DNA from: Holosporales bacterium
GTDB taxonomy: Bacteria > Pseudomonadota > Alphaproteobacteria > JAJTHO01
DNA: 64,000 nt
Assembly: GCA_046338525.1 (NCBI GenBank)
Contig: JBKDWF010000040.1
Location: 46,764 to 110,763, forward strand
Direction: 5' to 3'
A program made the position numbers and the translations under genes. Shown here piece after piece: positions 38,747-48,847 of this stretch. The notes under the pieces are model-generated. The model did not search any database. It saw nothing but the letters and a program-made list of their open reading frames with translations, and had not been told where the DNA came from. Position 1 is the first letter of the stretch. Each line of letters begins with the position of its first letter.

Positions 38747-39757
38747 CTAGTGATAATTTAACGAGCCTGCCTTACCCCAAAACACACGGTATGCGAAGAT
38801 TGTATAGCCGATAAGCACCGGTAATACAAGCAATGCTCCCACCAGAATGATCATTAATGATTCGGGTGCACTGGCGGCTTCAAAAATGGTCATTTGCTGC
38901 GGCACAATGTACGGGAAAAAGCTATAAGCTAGACCCAAAAAGCACAGCAGAAAAATGACCACGGTCACGGCAAAAGGAACCCAGCAATGTCGATCGTTGG
39001 GCTTTGGTAGTTGAGCCAACACGCGATCCAGAAATAAAATTAACGCACCGCTCAGCAACGGAATCGGAAGTAAAAACAAAAACTCAGGCCATGAAAACCA
39101 CTTGTCAAAAATACGAGTACTCACAAGCGGGGTTGTGGCCGAAACCACGAGAATACCAAACGCTGTTACCCATAAGCTAATCCTAGACCAGCGAATGGCC
39201 TTACGCTGTAATTCCCCCTCGGCTTTCATGATAAGCCAGCTTGAACCAATCAGAGCGTAGCCCCCAGCTACACAAAAACCAACAAACGTGGAAAACAAGG
39301 CTGCTTCATAGGTTTTACTGAAACCTAAGATATACGATCCTAACATGTGCCCTTGGGCTAAAGCGGTTATCAAAGACCCCAAGAAAAATGCGGCATCCCA
39401 ATATTCTTTATGCTCGACGTGGGCTTTAGCTCGAAAATCGAAAGCTACGCCGCGGAGGATAAGACCCACCAGCATCAAGGCAACTGGCAAATACAAGTTG
39501 GTTAAAATCACCCCATGCGCCATGGGAAAAGCGACCAACAGAATTCCAACCCCAAGAACCAGCCAAGTTTCATTGGCATCCCAAAAAGGTCCAATGGAGG
39601 CAATCATGGTGTCTTTTTCCTTATCCGTTCCTGCTGGTGTTAAAATCCCAACGCCTAGGTCGTAGCCATCAAGGATAGCGTAAATGAGCATCGCTAAACC
39701 CATGAGAAAGGCAAACACTATGGGTAGCCAAGTACCATTAGCAAAGAAGGATTCCAT
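38747..39757 (-). CDS. cydB: Cytochrome bd ubiquinol oxidase subunit II
   Basis: Polytopic membrane protein immediately downstream of cydA, with a 4-nt gap. The start was chosen at MESFFANGTWLPIVFAFLMG. The ORF track extends to 39829 and would overlap cydA. Confidence 0.85.
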   Translation of the reverse strand: MESFFANGTWLPIVFAFLMGLAMLIYAILDGYDLGVGILTPAGTDKEKDTMIASIGPFWDANETWLVLGVGILLVAFPMAHGVILTNLYLPVALMLVGLILRGVAFDFRAKAHVEHKEYWDAAFFLGSLITALAQGHMLGSYILGFSKTYEAALFSTFVGFCVAGGYALIGSSWLIMKAEGELQRKAIRWSRISLWVTAFGILVVSATTPLVSTRIFDKWFSWPEFLFLLPIPLLSGALILFLDRVLAQLPKPNDRHCWVPFAVTVVIFLLCFLGLAYSFFPYIVPQQMTIFEAASAPESLMIILVGALLVLPVLIGYTIFAYRVFWGKAGSLNYH

Positions 39758-39761
39758 TTGG

Positions 39762-41120
39762 CTACTCCGCTGGAGATAAGACAAGAGGATTGCGTGAGGC
39801 TGTGGCAACAGCGACGGGTTGCCCCGCACGACGAGCCATAAAGAACAAAGTGCTTATAAATGCAATAAGTAGCACTGTATAAACAATAAGATAAATCCCC
39901 AAGGTAAAAGCAATAGAAGACGCAGGAACTGTCGATACGGCATCTTTGGTACGGAGCAAACCATATACAAGATAGGGTTGACGGCCAATTTCCGACACAT
40001 ACCATCCGGCAACGGTTGCAATCCACCCTGCAAAAGTGGTGGCTGTCAAAATACGGGCGAGAGTCTTAGTAATTGTGCCGCGTCGATGCAGGCGATATGC
40101 AGCCCACCAAGATACAGTGAGCATCACTACGCCCACAAATACCATTATTCTGAAGCTCCAGAAAACTTTAGCAACAGGCGGATGTTCACCTTCAAATTCA
40201 TTAAGCCCACGAATAACGCCATTCCAGTCGTGGGTCAGCACAAGACTAGCCAAGCCTGGAATTTCAAGAGAAGTCCCGTTGCTTCGAGTCTGTTGATTAG
40301 GCATGCCAAGTAATACTAAGGGTGCTCCGGCTTTTGTTTCCCATAAGCCCTCTATTGCTGCAATTTTGGCAGGTTGATGTTTTAAAGTGTTGAGACCGTG
40401 TAAATCGCCAACGATAATTTGAATTGGAATTAACAGAGCAGCGGTATAAACACCTGTTTTTATAGATAAAAAAACCGCTCTAGCGCGATCGCCACGCAAC
40501 CAACGATACGCGGAAATTCCTGCCACCAAAAAACTCGCGGTTAACCCTGAAGCAAGCAACATATGAATCATTCGGTATGGCATCGATGGGTTGAAAATAA
40601 TCGCTGCCCAATCTGTGGCGTGAGCCTTGCCGTCAATCATCTCAAACCCAACGGGGGTTTGCATCCAGCTATTGAGCACTATAATCCAGAACGCTGAGAG
40701 GGTTGTACCAAAAGCAACCAACACTGTTGCTGTTGTGTGCGCGCGTCTAGAGACTCGGTTCGCTCCAAACAGCATGATACCCAAAAAGGTTGCTTCTAAA
40801 AAAAACGCCGTCAATACCTCGTAGCCTAACAATGGGCCGGCAATGTTCCCGACCGTTTCCATAAAACCTGGCCAATTGGTACCGAACTGAAATGACATGG
40901 TAATGCCACTGACAACGCCCAAGGCAAAGCACAAGGCGAAAATTTTAGTCCAAAAGAGGTATGTATCCATCCATGCTGGATCATTGGTGGCATTAAAGCG
41001 TAATTTAAAAAAAAGTAATATCCAGCCCAAGGCGATAGTGATAGACGGGAAAAGAATGTGAAAGGTAATGTTGGCGGCAAATTGAATACGCGCCAAAACA
41101 AAAGGATCAAGATCAAGCAT
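39762..41120 (-). CDS. cydA: Cytochrome bd ubiquinol oxidase subunit I (short Q-loop type)
   Basis: The N-terminus LARIQFAANITFHILFPSITIALGW and the GWYVSEIGRQPY motif are CydA hallmarks. 452 aa. Confidence 0.9.
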   Translation of the reverse strand: MLDLDPFVLARIQFAANITFHILFPSITIALGWILLFFKLRFNATNDPAWMDTYLFWTKIFALCFALGVVSGITMSFQFGTNWPGFMETVGNIAGPLLGYEVLTAFFLEATFLGIMLFGANRVSRRAHTTATVLVAFGTTLSAFWIIVLNSWMQTPVGFEMIDGKAHATDWAAIIFNPSMPYRMIHMLLASGLTASFLVAGISAYRWLRGDRARAVFLSIKTGVYTAALLIPIQIIVGDLHGLNTLKHQPAKIAAIEGLWETKAGAPLVLLGMPNQQTRSNGTSLEIPGLASLVLTHDWNGVIRGLNEFEGEHPPVAKVFWSFRIMVFVGVVMLTVSWWAAYRLHRRGTITKTLARILTATTFAGWIATVAGWYVSEIGRQPYLVYGLLRTKDAVSTVPASSIAFTLGIYLIVYTVLLIAFISTLFFMARRAGQPVAVATASRNPLVLSPAE

Positions 41121-41175
41121 AGATACGTTCCTTAGAGAAAATTCTTACAAAAAATAAGGCTACTATGCAAGTTTT

Positions 41176-42519
41176 CTAACTATAACTCCCCTTTAGTCTG
41201 GAACGGGCTTTTTCTGAGCCTAATAAAGGCAGTAGAACAGATAGTTCTGGTCCATGCTCTTGCCCTGTTAGGGCTAGGCGAATAGGCATATAGAGAGCCG
41301 CACCTTTGCGTCCGGTCTTTTCTTTTACCGCAAAAAGCCACGGCGCGACATCTTGAGCCTGTACTTCTTGAGGTAACAACGCCGCAGCAATGGTTGTTAG
41401 ATCAAGATCGCGCAGCACCGGTTCTATATTGAGGCATAAAATTTTATACCATCCCTCAACATCACGAAATTTTGTTATATTGCCCCGCACAGCCTGCCAA
41501 AAAGCCTCATTAGCATTGTTTATACCAAGCGCACGAAGCTTGGGCACCGCCACGGTAAATGGCATGCCTTGCAATAAATGCGCATTAAGATTTAACAGTT
41601 CTTGTTCATCAAATCGGGCTGTAGAGGGGCTGTATTTCTTTAAATCAAATTCAGTTACCAGTTCATCCAGTGTAGTTTTGGCTTCAATGGGATCGCTGCT
41701 GCCCAATTTTGTAAGATGACTATTAAGCGCCATCGCTTCTATGCCTTCATTGTCACGCAAATGCTCAAGACTTAAAGAGCCAAGGCGTTTTGATAGACCT
41801 TCTCCCGCGGCATTGGTCAATAGGGGTAAATGCCCATAAACTGGCGGTGTTCCGCCTAAGGCTTCAGTCAATTGAATTTGTGCGGCGGTATTGGTAATAT
41901 GGTCATCGCCGCGAAAGACATGAGATATATTGAAATCAATATCATCAACAACACTAGCCAACGTGTAGATGGGGCGATTATCACTGCGGAAAAGCACTGG
42001 ATCAGAGAGATTGCCCCCCTGAAAGTGCAAATCGCCTTTGATGGCATCGTGCCAATGAATATCCCCATGGTTTAGCAGAAAACGCCAATGGGGTTTAATG
42101 CCTTTATCAAGGAGGGTTTGTTTTTCATGTGTTGTTAATGCGAGTGCCGCCCGGTCGTAAATAGGCGGTTTATGTTGTGCGAGTTGCACCTTGCGTTTTA
42201 AGGCAAGTTCTTCGGGTGTTTCAAAGCAGGGGTATAGCCGTTCCTCCGCGAGCAATTTTTCAAACGCCCATTGGTAGCGTGCCATGCGTTTTGATTGACG
42301 ATCAAATACCTGCCATTCTAGGTTAAGCCATTTTAGGTCTTTTTGAATGCCCTCGGCGAAAGCTTCTGTAGAACGTTCATCATCGGTATCGTCAAGGCGC
42401 AGCATAAATTCGCCGCCGTGTTTTTTGGCAAACAGCCAGTTAATGAGTGCCACGCGGGCATTACCAACATGTAATTTTCCGGTGGGGCTGGGAGCAAAGC
42501 GAACACGAATAGAGGTCAT
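41176..42519 (-). CDS. gltX: Glutamate--tRNA ligase
   Basis: HIGH-region PSPTGKLHVGNAR and KMSKS-like GLSKRLGS. 447 aa. Confidence 0.9.
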   Translation of the reverse strand: MTSIRVRFAPSPTGKLHVGNARVALINWLFAKKHGGEFMLRLDDTDDERSTEAFAEGIQKDLKWLNLEWQVFDRQSKRMARYQWAFEKLLAEERLYPCFETPEELALKRKVQLAQHKPPIYDRAALALTTHEKQTLLDKGIKPHWRFLLNHGDIHWHDAIKGDLHFQGGNLSDPVLFRSDNRPIYTLASVVDDIDFNISHVFRGDDHITNTAAQIQLTEALGGTPPVYGHLPLLTNAAGEGLSKRLGSLSLEHLRDNEGIEAMALNSHLTKLGSSDPIEAKTTLDELVTEFDLKKYSPSTARFDEQELLNLNAHLLQGMPFTVAVPKLRALGINNANEAFWQAVRGNITKFRDVEGWYKILCLNIEPVLRDLDLTTIAAALLPQEVQAQDVAPWLFAVKEKTGRKGAALYMPIRLALTGQEHGPELSVLLPLLGSEKARSRLKGSYS

Positions 42520-42564
42520 AGCGTAAAAGTGTAGCCCTCCGTTATTTTTCTGACAACGGGTCAG

Positions 42565-43026
42565 TTAGTTGCCGATGGCCTGTAGTACTTCTTTTGCGTG
42601 GTTATCAACTTTTACTTTTGGCCATATTTTTTCTATTTTTCCTTCTTTATCAATAAGAAAGGTCGTACGCTCGATGCCCATATATTTTTTTCCGTACATG
42701 CTTTTTTCTACCCAGACACCGTAGGCTTCGGTAATGGTGCCCTCGGTATCGGCCAACAGTGGGAAGTTCAGATCGAATTTTTTTACAAATTTCGCGTGGC
42801 TGGCGGTATCGTCGCGCGAAACACCCAAGATAACGGCGTCAACGCCGCTAAAATCTGGCAAGGCATCGCGAAAGCCGCAGGCCTGTTTCGTGCACCCGGG
42901 TGTGTCGTCTTTGGGGTAGAAATACAGCACCACATATTGGCCACGAAATTGGGCGAGGGTGAGGGTTTTTCCGGCGTCGGTAACGGCGGTGAAATCGGGG
43001 GCAGGACTTCCAATAGTGATGGTCAT
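42565..43026 (-). CDS. bcp: Thiol peroxidase Bcp (peroxiredoxin)
   Basis: FYPKDDTPGCTKQAC active-site motif. 153 aa. Confidence 0.85.
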   Translation of the reverse strand: MTITIGSPAPDFTAVTDAGKTLTLAQFRGQYVVLYFYPKDDTPGCTKQACGFRDALPDFSGVDAVILGVSRDDTASHAKFVKKFDLNFPLLADTEGTITEAYGVWVEKSMYGKKYMGIERTTFLIDKEGKIEKIWPKVKVDNHAKEVLQAIGN

Positions 43027-43056
43027 GGCCTCAGTATGAAGCCTCTTTCTTATCGG

Positions 43057-44247
43057 TCAAGCCGAATCGTCATCACTTTGAAGCTGCGTCAGTGCTGCCC
43101 GTTGTGCCGCATGAAACCGTCCCTCATGGAGGGCTGCTCGAATTTCCCGCATTAAGCGGTTCATGAAAAAGATATTATGCTGCACGAGGAGCAAAAACCC
43201 CAGTGGTTCCCCGGTACGGGTAAGATGATGCAGATAAGCACGGCTGTGATCCCGGCAGGTTGGGCAGGCGCAGCCTTCCTGAAGCGGTCTGTCGTCGTTG
43301 GCGTAGCGGGCGTTGCGGAGGTTCAGGCGTTCGCGCTTGTTGGGGTATAATGCCCCGCCGTGCCGCGCCAAACGGGTGGGGTGAACGCAATCGAAGCTGT
43401 CAATACCCTGGGCTACGTTGACCCAGATATCCCGGATACCGCCAATGCCGAGGAGGTGGGTTGGCCGTTCCCGGTGGGCGTGGTTCATGGCGTAGCCGAC
43501 AACCTCATCCATTTGCGCGCTGGTGCCGCCGAGACTGCCGCCCACGGCTTGGCCGAAAAAGGGCCGCTCGGCAAGGTTTTTAGCTGCGTCTGCCCGCAAG
43601 TCGGGGTACACGCCGCCCTGGATAATGCCGTAGAGGGCTTGTTGCCCGGTATCTTCATGCTGGAATTCGGTCAGACAGCGATCGGCCCAGCGTTGGCTGA
43701 GCCGTAGGGAGTTTTCCGTGTACGCCCGGTCGGCGTGGTAGGGGGTGCACTCATCCAACACGAGAATCAGATCGGCACCCAGCTTGCGCTGAATGGTAAT
43801 GGCTCCCTCCGGGGTGAGGGTGTGCATCCGGCCATCCACGTAGCTGCGGAACGTCGCCCCTTCTTCGGTAATGGCGGATAGGGTTTTGCCGTTCTTGCGG
43901 GCACCGCGTCCCTTGATCTCATCGGCAATAAGGCCATGCCCCAGTGAGAAAATCTGAAAGCCTCCGGAATCGGTGAGCATCGGGCGTCGCCAGCCGGTAA
44001 ATTCTTGGAGTCCTCCCCGTGCCGCCATGTGTTCCGCGCCGGGTTGCAGCATCAGGTGGTAGGTGTTGGAGAGGATAATATCGGTACCAAGCTCGGTCAG
44101 CATCGCCGGGCTAGCTACGCGCATGGCGGCCTTAGTAGCGCAAAAGATAAATGCTGGAGTGGAAAAAGAGCCGTGAGGGGTGCTCAACACCCCGGCGCGG
44201 GCGCGACTTGTGGCATCAAGCGTAGTAATGGTAAAAGAAAACGACAT
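43057..44247 (-). CDS. tgt: Queuine tRNA-ribosyltransferase
   Basis: LTDSGGFQIFSL and a Zn site CxCxxC...H (CACPTCRDHSRAYLHH). Confidence 0.9.
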   Translation of the reverse strand: MSFSFTITTLDATSRARAGVLSTPHGSFSTPAFIFCATKAAMRVASPAMLTELGTDIILSNTYHLMLQPGAEHMAARGGLQEFTGWRRPMLTDSGGFQIFSLGHGLIADEIKGRGARKNGKTLSAITEEGATFRSYVDGRMHTLTPEGAITIQRKLGADLILVLDECTPYHADRAYTENSLRLSQRWADRCLTEFQHEDTGQQALYGIIQGGVYPDLRADAAKNLAERPFFGQAVGGSLGGTSAQMDEVVGYAMNHAHRERPTHLLGIGGIRDIWVNVAQGIDSFDCVHPTRLARHGGALYPNKRERLNLRNARYANDDRPLQEGCACPTCRDHSRAYLHHLTRTGEPLGFLLLVQHNIFFMNRLMREIRAALHEGRFHAAQRAALTQLQSDDDSA

Positions 44248-44274
44248 TCTTGCTACGTTTCATGCAAAACTTGG

Positions 44275-45690
44275 TTAGTCTCCAGTTTGCAGTCTATCGA
44301 CTAATTGTCGTACGGTTGGAATAAAACCATTGGAATAAAAAGGGTCATCGGCAAAGCGATACGCATTATGACCGGCAAACATGAGATCGTGATCCGGATC
44401 GCTACCGTGGGCAATATTTTGGAGGGTTTTTTGAATACAAAAGGAGCGTGGATCGGCGCGGCGCCCTGTAGTGCCCGATTCATCTTGTGACCAGTTGCTG
44501 AATTGACAAGCGGATAGGCAGCCCATGCAGTCTATCTGATCTTGTAGAATGGTTGCTGCGCGTTCTTGGGTGACAAACACCAATGTTGAATCTGGGGTTC
44601 GCAATGCTTCGGTAAAGCCCGCAGCGATCCAATCTTCTGCCCGGTGGCGGTCTTCGGCCGTAAGGTAAACAGGCCGCTTACGAGGGCCGATACCAAGCTC
44701 AGCGATATGTTCGCCTATTGCTTCGGGAGTGTAGGCTACTTGGCGTTCCGAACGCTCGATCAATTCGTGGAGGAAAGAGTTTCGCACAGCAGAAGAGTAG
44801 AAACCAGTCGGGCTAAATTTGTTAAGAAAAACATCGCCTTTTTTAAGGTTTAGGAGCTTTTCTTTCCAGCTTTTTGAAATCGGGCTTTCTGTTGTTACCA
44901 ACGGACGGGTGCCAAATTGAAAGGCGATTGCCCCAATTTCTGGGTTATTGAGCCAGTCTTGCCATTCACGCAAAAACCACACACCCCCGGCCATAATAAT
45001 TGGTGTGTTCTTCAGGCCTACTTCGTTCATCTGCTGGCGTAGGGCAACCACACGGGGGTAGGGGTCTTCGGGTTTTTCCGGATTTTCGCTGTTGGATAAG
45101 CCGTTATGCCCGCCGGCAAGCCACGGGTCTTCATAGACGACACCACCTAAAAATTCAGCGGCCTTATAATATGCCCGTTTCCACAAGGCGCGAAAAGCCC
45201 TGGCGGAAGAAACAATGGGAAAATAGTGCACACCAAATTTGGCGGAAATTTCAGCAAGACGGTAGGGCATTCCTGCGCCGCATGTGACCCCATTGATGAG
45301 GCCTTTCGCGCCCTCTAAAATACCATGCAAAATGCGTTCTGCGCCGCCCATTTCCCACAATACATTCATGTGAATGCGGCCAAAACCACTGGCGCGTTCA
45401 AAGGCGATTTTTGCCTGGGTGATGCCGCCCTTGATGGCGTAGCGGATCAGTTCCTCATGGCGTTCCCGGCGGGTTTTTCCATGATAGATTTGGGGTAAGG
45501 GATTTCCTTGGTCGTCGTAAAAATCGGCATTAACACCGGAGAACGTTCCCATGCCTCCGGCAGCGGCCCAAGCACCGCTGGACAAGCCACTGCTCACGGC
45601 AATACCCTTACCGCCTTCAATAAGGGGCAGGTACTCCTTGCCGCCAATGAGGACGGGACTCAACGTAAAGGCCACAGGCAATCCTTTCAC
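44275..45690 (-). CDS. Nitronate monooxygenase (NMO/2-nitropropane dioxygenase) family FMN-dependent oxidoreductase, long form
   Basis: TIM-barrel NMO-like motifs (IIMAGGV...GAIAFQFGTRPLVT). At 471 aa it is larger than typical NMO. Its function is not assignable. Confidence 0.65.
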   Translation of the reverse strand: MKGLPVAFTLSPVLIGGKEYLPLIEGGKGIAVSSGLSSGAWAAAGGMGTFSGVNADFYDDQGNPLPQIYHGKTRRERHEELIRYAIKGGITQAKIAFERASGFGRIHMNVLWEMGGAERILHGILEGAKGLINGVTCGAGMPYRLAEISAKFGVHYFPIVSSARAFRALWKRAYYKAAEFLGGVVYEDPWLAGGHNGLSNSENPEKPEDPYPRVVALRQQMNEVGLKNTPIIMAGGVWFLREWQDWLNNPEIGAIAFQFGTRPLVTTESPISKSWKEKLLNLKKGDVFLNKFSPTGFYSSAVRNSFLHELIERSERQVAYTPEAIGEHIAELGIGPRKRPVYLTAEDRHRAEDWIAAGFTEALRTPDSTLVFVTQERAATILQDQIDCMGCLSACQFSNWSQDESGTTGRRADPRSFCIQKTLQNIAHGSDPDHDLMFAGHNAYRFADDPFYSNGFIPTVRQLVDRLQTGD

Positions 45691-45718
45691 CTAAAAAGCC
45701 TTTGACGGATACTGCTTT

Positions 45719-46834
45719 TTAAGATTTCTGTAAAGTCTTATCCCCAATAGATTGGGCTTTCTGCCCCGGCCGTAGGCGATTTTGCCCTGAAATTACTACC
45801 ATGTTGCCTGATGTTATCCCGCTGAGAATTTCTACTTCACCGATTCGACGTAGGCCAAGGGTTACAGATTTGTGCTCTAGCAGCCCTTGCTCTGTTAGTA
45901 CGAGGACTAAGAATTTATTGCCTTGGGGAATAATGGCAGTTTCAGGAACAAAGAACGCTTCGGGTTTTTCTGAAACGGTAATTTGTACTCGGGCAAAATA
46001 CCCAGGTCGCAAAAGACCATCTGGGTTAGGGACAAGAGCGCGCACCGGCACACTGCGATCCTTTACATCCACTAGGGGATCAAGGGCAGTAATAGTGCCG
46101 CTAAAATTTCGTTCGGGTACTGCATCGACGTTTATAGTAACCTTTTGCCCTGTGGTAATGCGTCCTGCGTCTATTTCAGGGATGGCGAAATCCACTTTTA
46201 TTGGGTCAAGGGTGGCTAGACTGACGATATCTTGTCCGGCTTTAACATACTCTCCGGGGCTAACCCGGCGTAGACCTACCATTCCAGCAAAAGGGGCATG
46301 CAGGGCAGTTTTATCGAGCCGTGCTTTTGCAAGATCAACGGTGGCTTCGGCACTTTTAAGCTTTGCTAAAGCTTCATCGCGCAGGCGTTCAGATACTGCT
46401 TCGGAGCGAATTAAAGTATTTGTTCGGCGATAGTTGGCTTGAGCCAGAATAAGATTTGCTTCGGCTTGGGCGAGATCCGCGCTGGTGACTCTTTGATCAA
46501 GGGTAATTAATGGTGCATCTTTTTTCACCATGGCACCTTCTTCAAAATGGATATTGTCTACAATGCCTGCAACTTCAGGGCGAATAATCACGCTTTCATT
46601 GGCGCGAAGGCTTCCTACGGCGCGCAGAGTAATAGAGAGGGTTTGTGGCATTACGGTGATGGTTTCTACCAAGGTGGGTGGAGGTGCCGGAGGATGCGAG
46701 CCTGAACCGAAGAGATTTTGCAGAATAATAGTTACTACTATTGCAATACCGAGAATTGTTGACGTGCGCTGACGTTGCGGCAGTCCGCGCCATTTTGAGG
46801 AGATTTTCTGTAGCCAAGGGGTGGTGGATAACAT
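45719..46834 (-). CDS. Efflux periplasmic adaptor (membrane fusion protein, HlyD/RND-MFP family)
   Basis: N-terminal TM, coiled-coil hairpin (ADLAQAEANLILAQANYRR...EATVDLAKARL) and barrel domains. No cognate pump gene is adjacent. Confidence 0.7.
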   Translation of the reverse strand: MLSTTPWLQKISSKWRGLPQRQRTSTILGIAIVVTIILQNLFGSGSHPPAPPPTLVETITVMPQTLSITLRAVGSLRANESVIIRPEVAGIVDNIHFEEGAMVKKDAPLITLDQRVTSADLAQAEANLILAQANYRRTNTLIRSEAVSERLRDEALAKLKSAEATVDLAKARLDKTALHAPFAGMVGLRRVSPGEYVKAGQDIVSLATLDPIKVDFAIPEIDAGRITTGQKVTINVDAVPERNFSGTITALDPLVDVKDRSVPVRALVPNPDGLLRPGYFARVQITVSEKPEAFFVPETAIIPQGNKFLVLVLTEQGLLEHKSVTLGLRRIGEVEILSGITSGNMVVISGQNRLRPGQKAQSIGDKTLQKS

Positions 46835-47231
46835 TGCCGGTTAACTATCCTGCTGTGGCAGTATTTTAGCAAGGAAAAAATTGCCTTTGTTGGTTTTTTA
46901 TTAATAAAAATCAAGCATTTCAACGCTCTTTTCGTGGGTTGGCATGGGCTATGCTTTATTAAGGGTGATAACCGCAGGGTTTATCATGAATAGCCCTATA
47001 TTAATTTCATTTTTTGGCCAATTGGTGTCGTCAGATAGTTGCTCATCCCCATCAATGGACAGATGCCCCTAGGTGGTTCTTGGTAGAAAAAGCATAATAC
47101 ATTGTATTATATGTTAATTTTTTAAAATAAACCGAAAGGTTGATTTTTTATTTACTTTTTCTTCAAAATAAAATAAGATTTATAAATAAAATTAAAAATA
47201 AATAGTGATTTTTTTTATAAAGGAGGTTGCA

Positions 47232-48119
47232 ATGCGTGCTGTTGCTGTTTTGTGTCCGGTATCCTTACTGGCTGTGGCTGTTGCTCCTTTTGCTTTTGCT
47301 AATAGCAACGATGTGCCGCGGAGCCTGAATAACAGTATCCTTGGCAAAAATCCGGCAGTGTTTGCCGAACAAGATTATGATGCCGTGTTGCAGGATTACC
47401 TGTCTTTATTTGAAGTCAATGGTATTGGCTATCGTTTTGTTGGTTTGGCAGAAGGTACACTACGCCTTGCAAATGATGGAAGTCGCATGCAACGCACGAA
47501 TGCTTGGTATGGTCATAAAGATAGTGGCAATGGCCAAAAAAACATTGGCTTTTGCAGTATTAACGGTCGCTTCTTTGGGCGCTTCATTGCTGGTGTAGAG
47601 GCCGCCGAACGCAACGGCACACAGGCTCGTGATAAAGCCATTGAAAAAGCTGAACACGCAGTATGTTTTGAAGGGTTTGTTCGACCAATGATGCAGGCTA
47701 CCATTAATCTCTATCAACAAGAAAAGATTGTGCCCACATCTGCTGCGGCGATCTTAACGGCTCTTTTAGCGGTGGATGTATCCATTCAGGCAGGCAAAGA
47801 TGATGGCCGGAAATTTTTGAATAAAATGCTGCCGGCGTTAATTCGGTGGCAACGTGGTGAAGCCGAAATGCCAAGCTTTAGTGCTTATATGAAAAAAGCT
47901 GGAACTGTCCGGTTGGCGTTGCTGGATGGAAAAAACGGGGCTTATGATCCTAAAAAAGACCCTCGTTGGGCGGAACACCGCGGCTTAAATGCTTTGCAGC
48001 CAGAAATACTCTTGGCAACTAATGACAATCAGGATGACAATCAAGATAGCCAATTGTTTCGCAAATTGTTGTGGTATGTGGAGGATGATCAAGCCTTACA
48101 AACGGCAATGACCCAGTAA
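47232..48119 (+). CDS. Secreted GH46 chitosanase-like protein (catalytic Glu apparently not conserved)
   Basis: The start was chosen at the ATG five nt after AGGAGG. Signal peptide MRAVAVLCPVSLLAVAVAPFAFA. SGNGQKNIGFCSING aligns with the GH46 signature GDGRGYTGGIIGFCSG. The AT-rich 5' flank is notable. Confidence 0.5.
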   Translation: MRAVAVLCPVSLLAVAVAPFAFANSNDVPRSLNNSILGKNPAVFAEQDYDAVLQDYLSLFEVNGIGYRFVGLAEGTLRLANDGSRMQRTNAWYGHKDSGNGQKNIGFCSINGRFFGRFIAGVEAAERNGTQARDKAIEKAEHAVCFEGFVRPMMQATINLYQQEKIVPTSAAAILTALLAVDVSIQAGKDDGRKFLNKMLPALIRWQRGEAEMPSFSAYMKKAGTVRLALLDGKNGAYDPKKDPRWAEHRGLNALQPEILLATNDNQDDNQDSQLFRKLLWYVEDDQALQTAMTQ

Positions 48120-48124
48120 CCAAG

Positions 48125-48847
48125 TTAACCTGACCAAGTTAATGCTCGAATGACTCCGTGTAGGGTTTGCACCTCTTGCGTCGTTAGATTTGTACGCAGC
48201 AACAGTGCCCGTAAATTCTGCACCATTTTTGGTTTTTTCTCTGGAACTCGCCAAAAATTGGCGGCATCCAGTGCACCTTCCAAATGCTCGAAAAGATGTT
48301 GGTAGTCGGTATTCGTGGCAAGATTTCGTGGAGTAGTCACTGTATCCGAGTTTTCGCGAAGCTGATTCCAGATGGGGTTGGCTACCAACAATGCGGCCTG
48401 AGAAAGATTTAATGAAGAAAATACAGGATTTAAGGTAATGCTGATGATAGCGGTAGCCAAGGAGATTTCTTCATTGGAAAGCCCCGTACGCTCCGCCCCT
48501 AGCAAAATCGCTATCTCTTCGCCATGCCGGGCGGCGGCAGCAATATGCGTGGCGGCATCGATTTGGGTCAAGACGGGTTTATCCACCTCGCGGGGGCGGG
48601 CGGTGGTGGCAAAAACGTGCGTGAATGGGGCAATAGCACTGCCTAAGTCGTCATGGATCGAGGCGTTATGGACAAGATGATCCGCCCCGGCACTACAGGC
48701 AAGGGCGGCCTCACGGCTCCACCCTTGCCGGGGGGCGACGAGGCGCAGGCGTTCAATGCCGCAGTTGTATAAGGCTCGTGCGGTCATGCCGATATTCTCG
48801 CCAATCTGGGGGCGCACCAGAACGAACGTAACGCGATCTAAGAGCAT
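48125..48847 (-). CDS. SpoU/TrmH-family RNA 2'-O-methyltransferase (TrmJ-like)
   Basis: VLVRPQIGENIGMTARALYNCG and SPOUT-knot motifs. The start was chosen at MLLDRVTFVLV. Confidence 0.75.
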   Translation of the reverse strand: MLLDRVTFVLVRPQIGENIGMTARALYNCGIERLRLVAPRQGWSREAALACSAGADHLVHNASIHDDLGSAIAPFTHVFATTARPREVDKPVLTQIDAATHIAAAARHGEEIAILLGAERTGLSNEEISLATAIISITLNPVFSSLNLSQAALLVANPIWNQLRENSDTVTTPRNLATNTDYQHLFEHLEGALDAANFWRVPEKKPKMVQNLRALLLRTNLTTQEVQTLHGVIRALTWSG

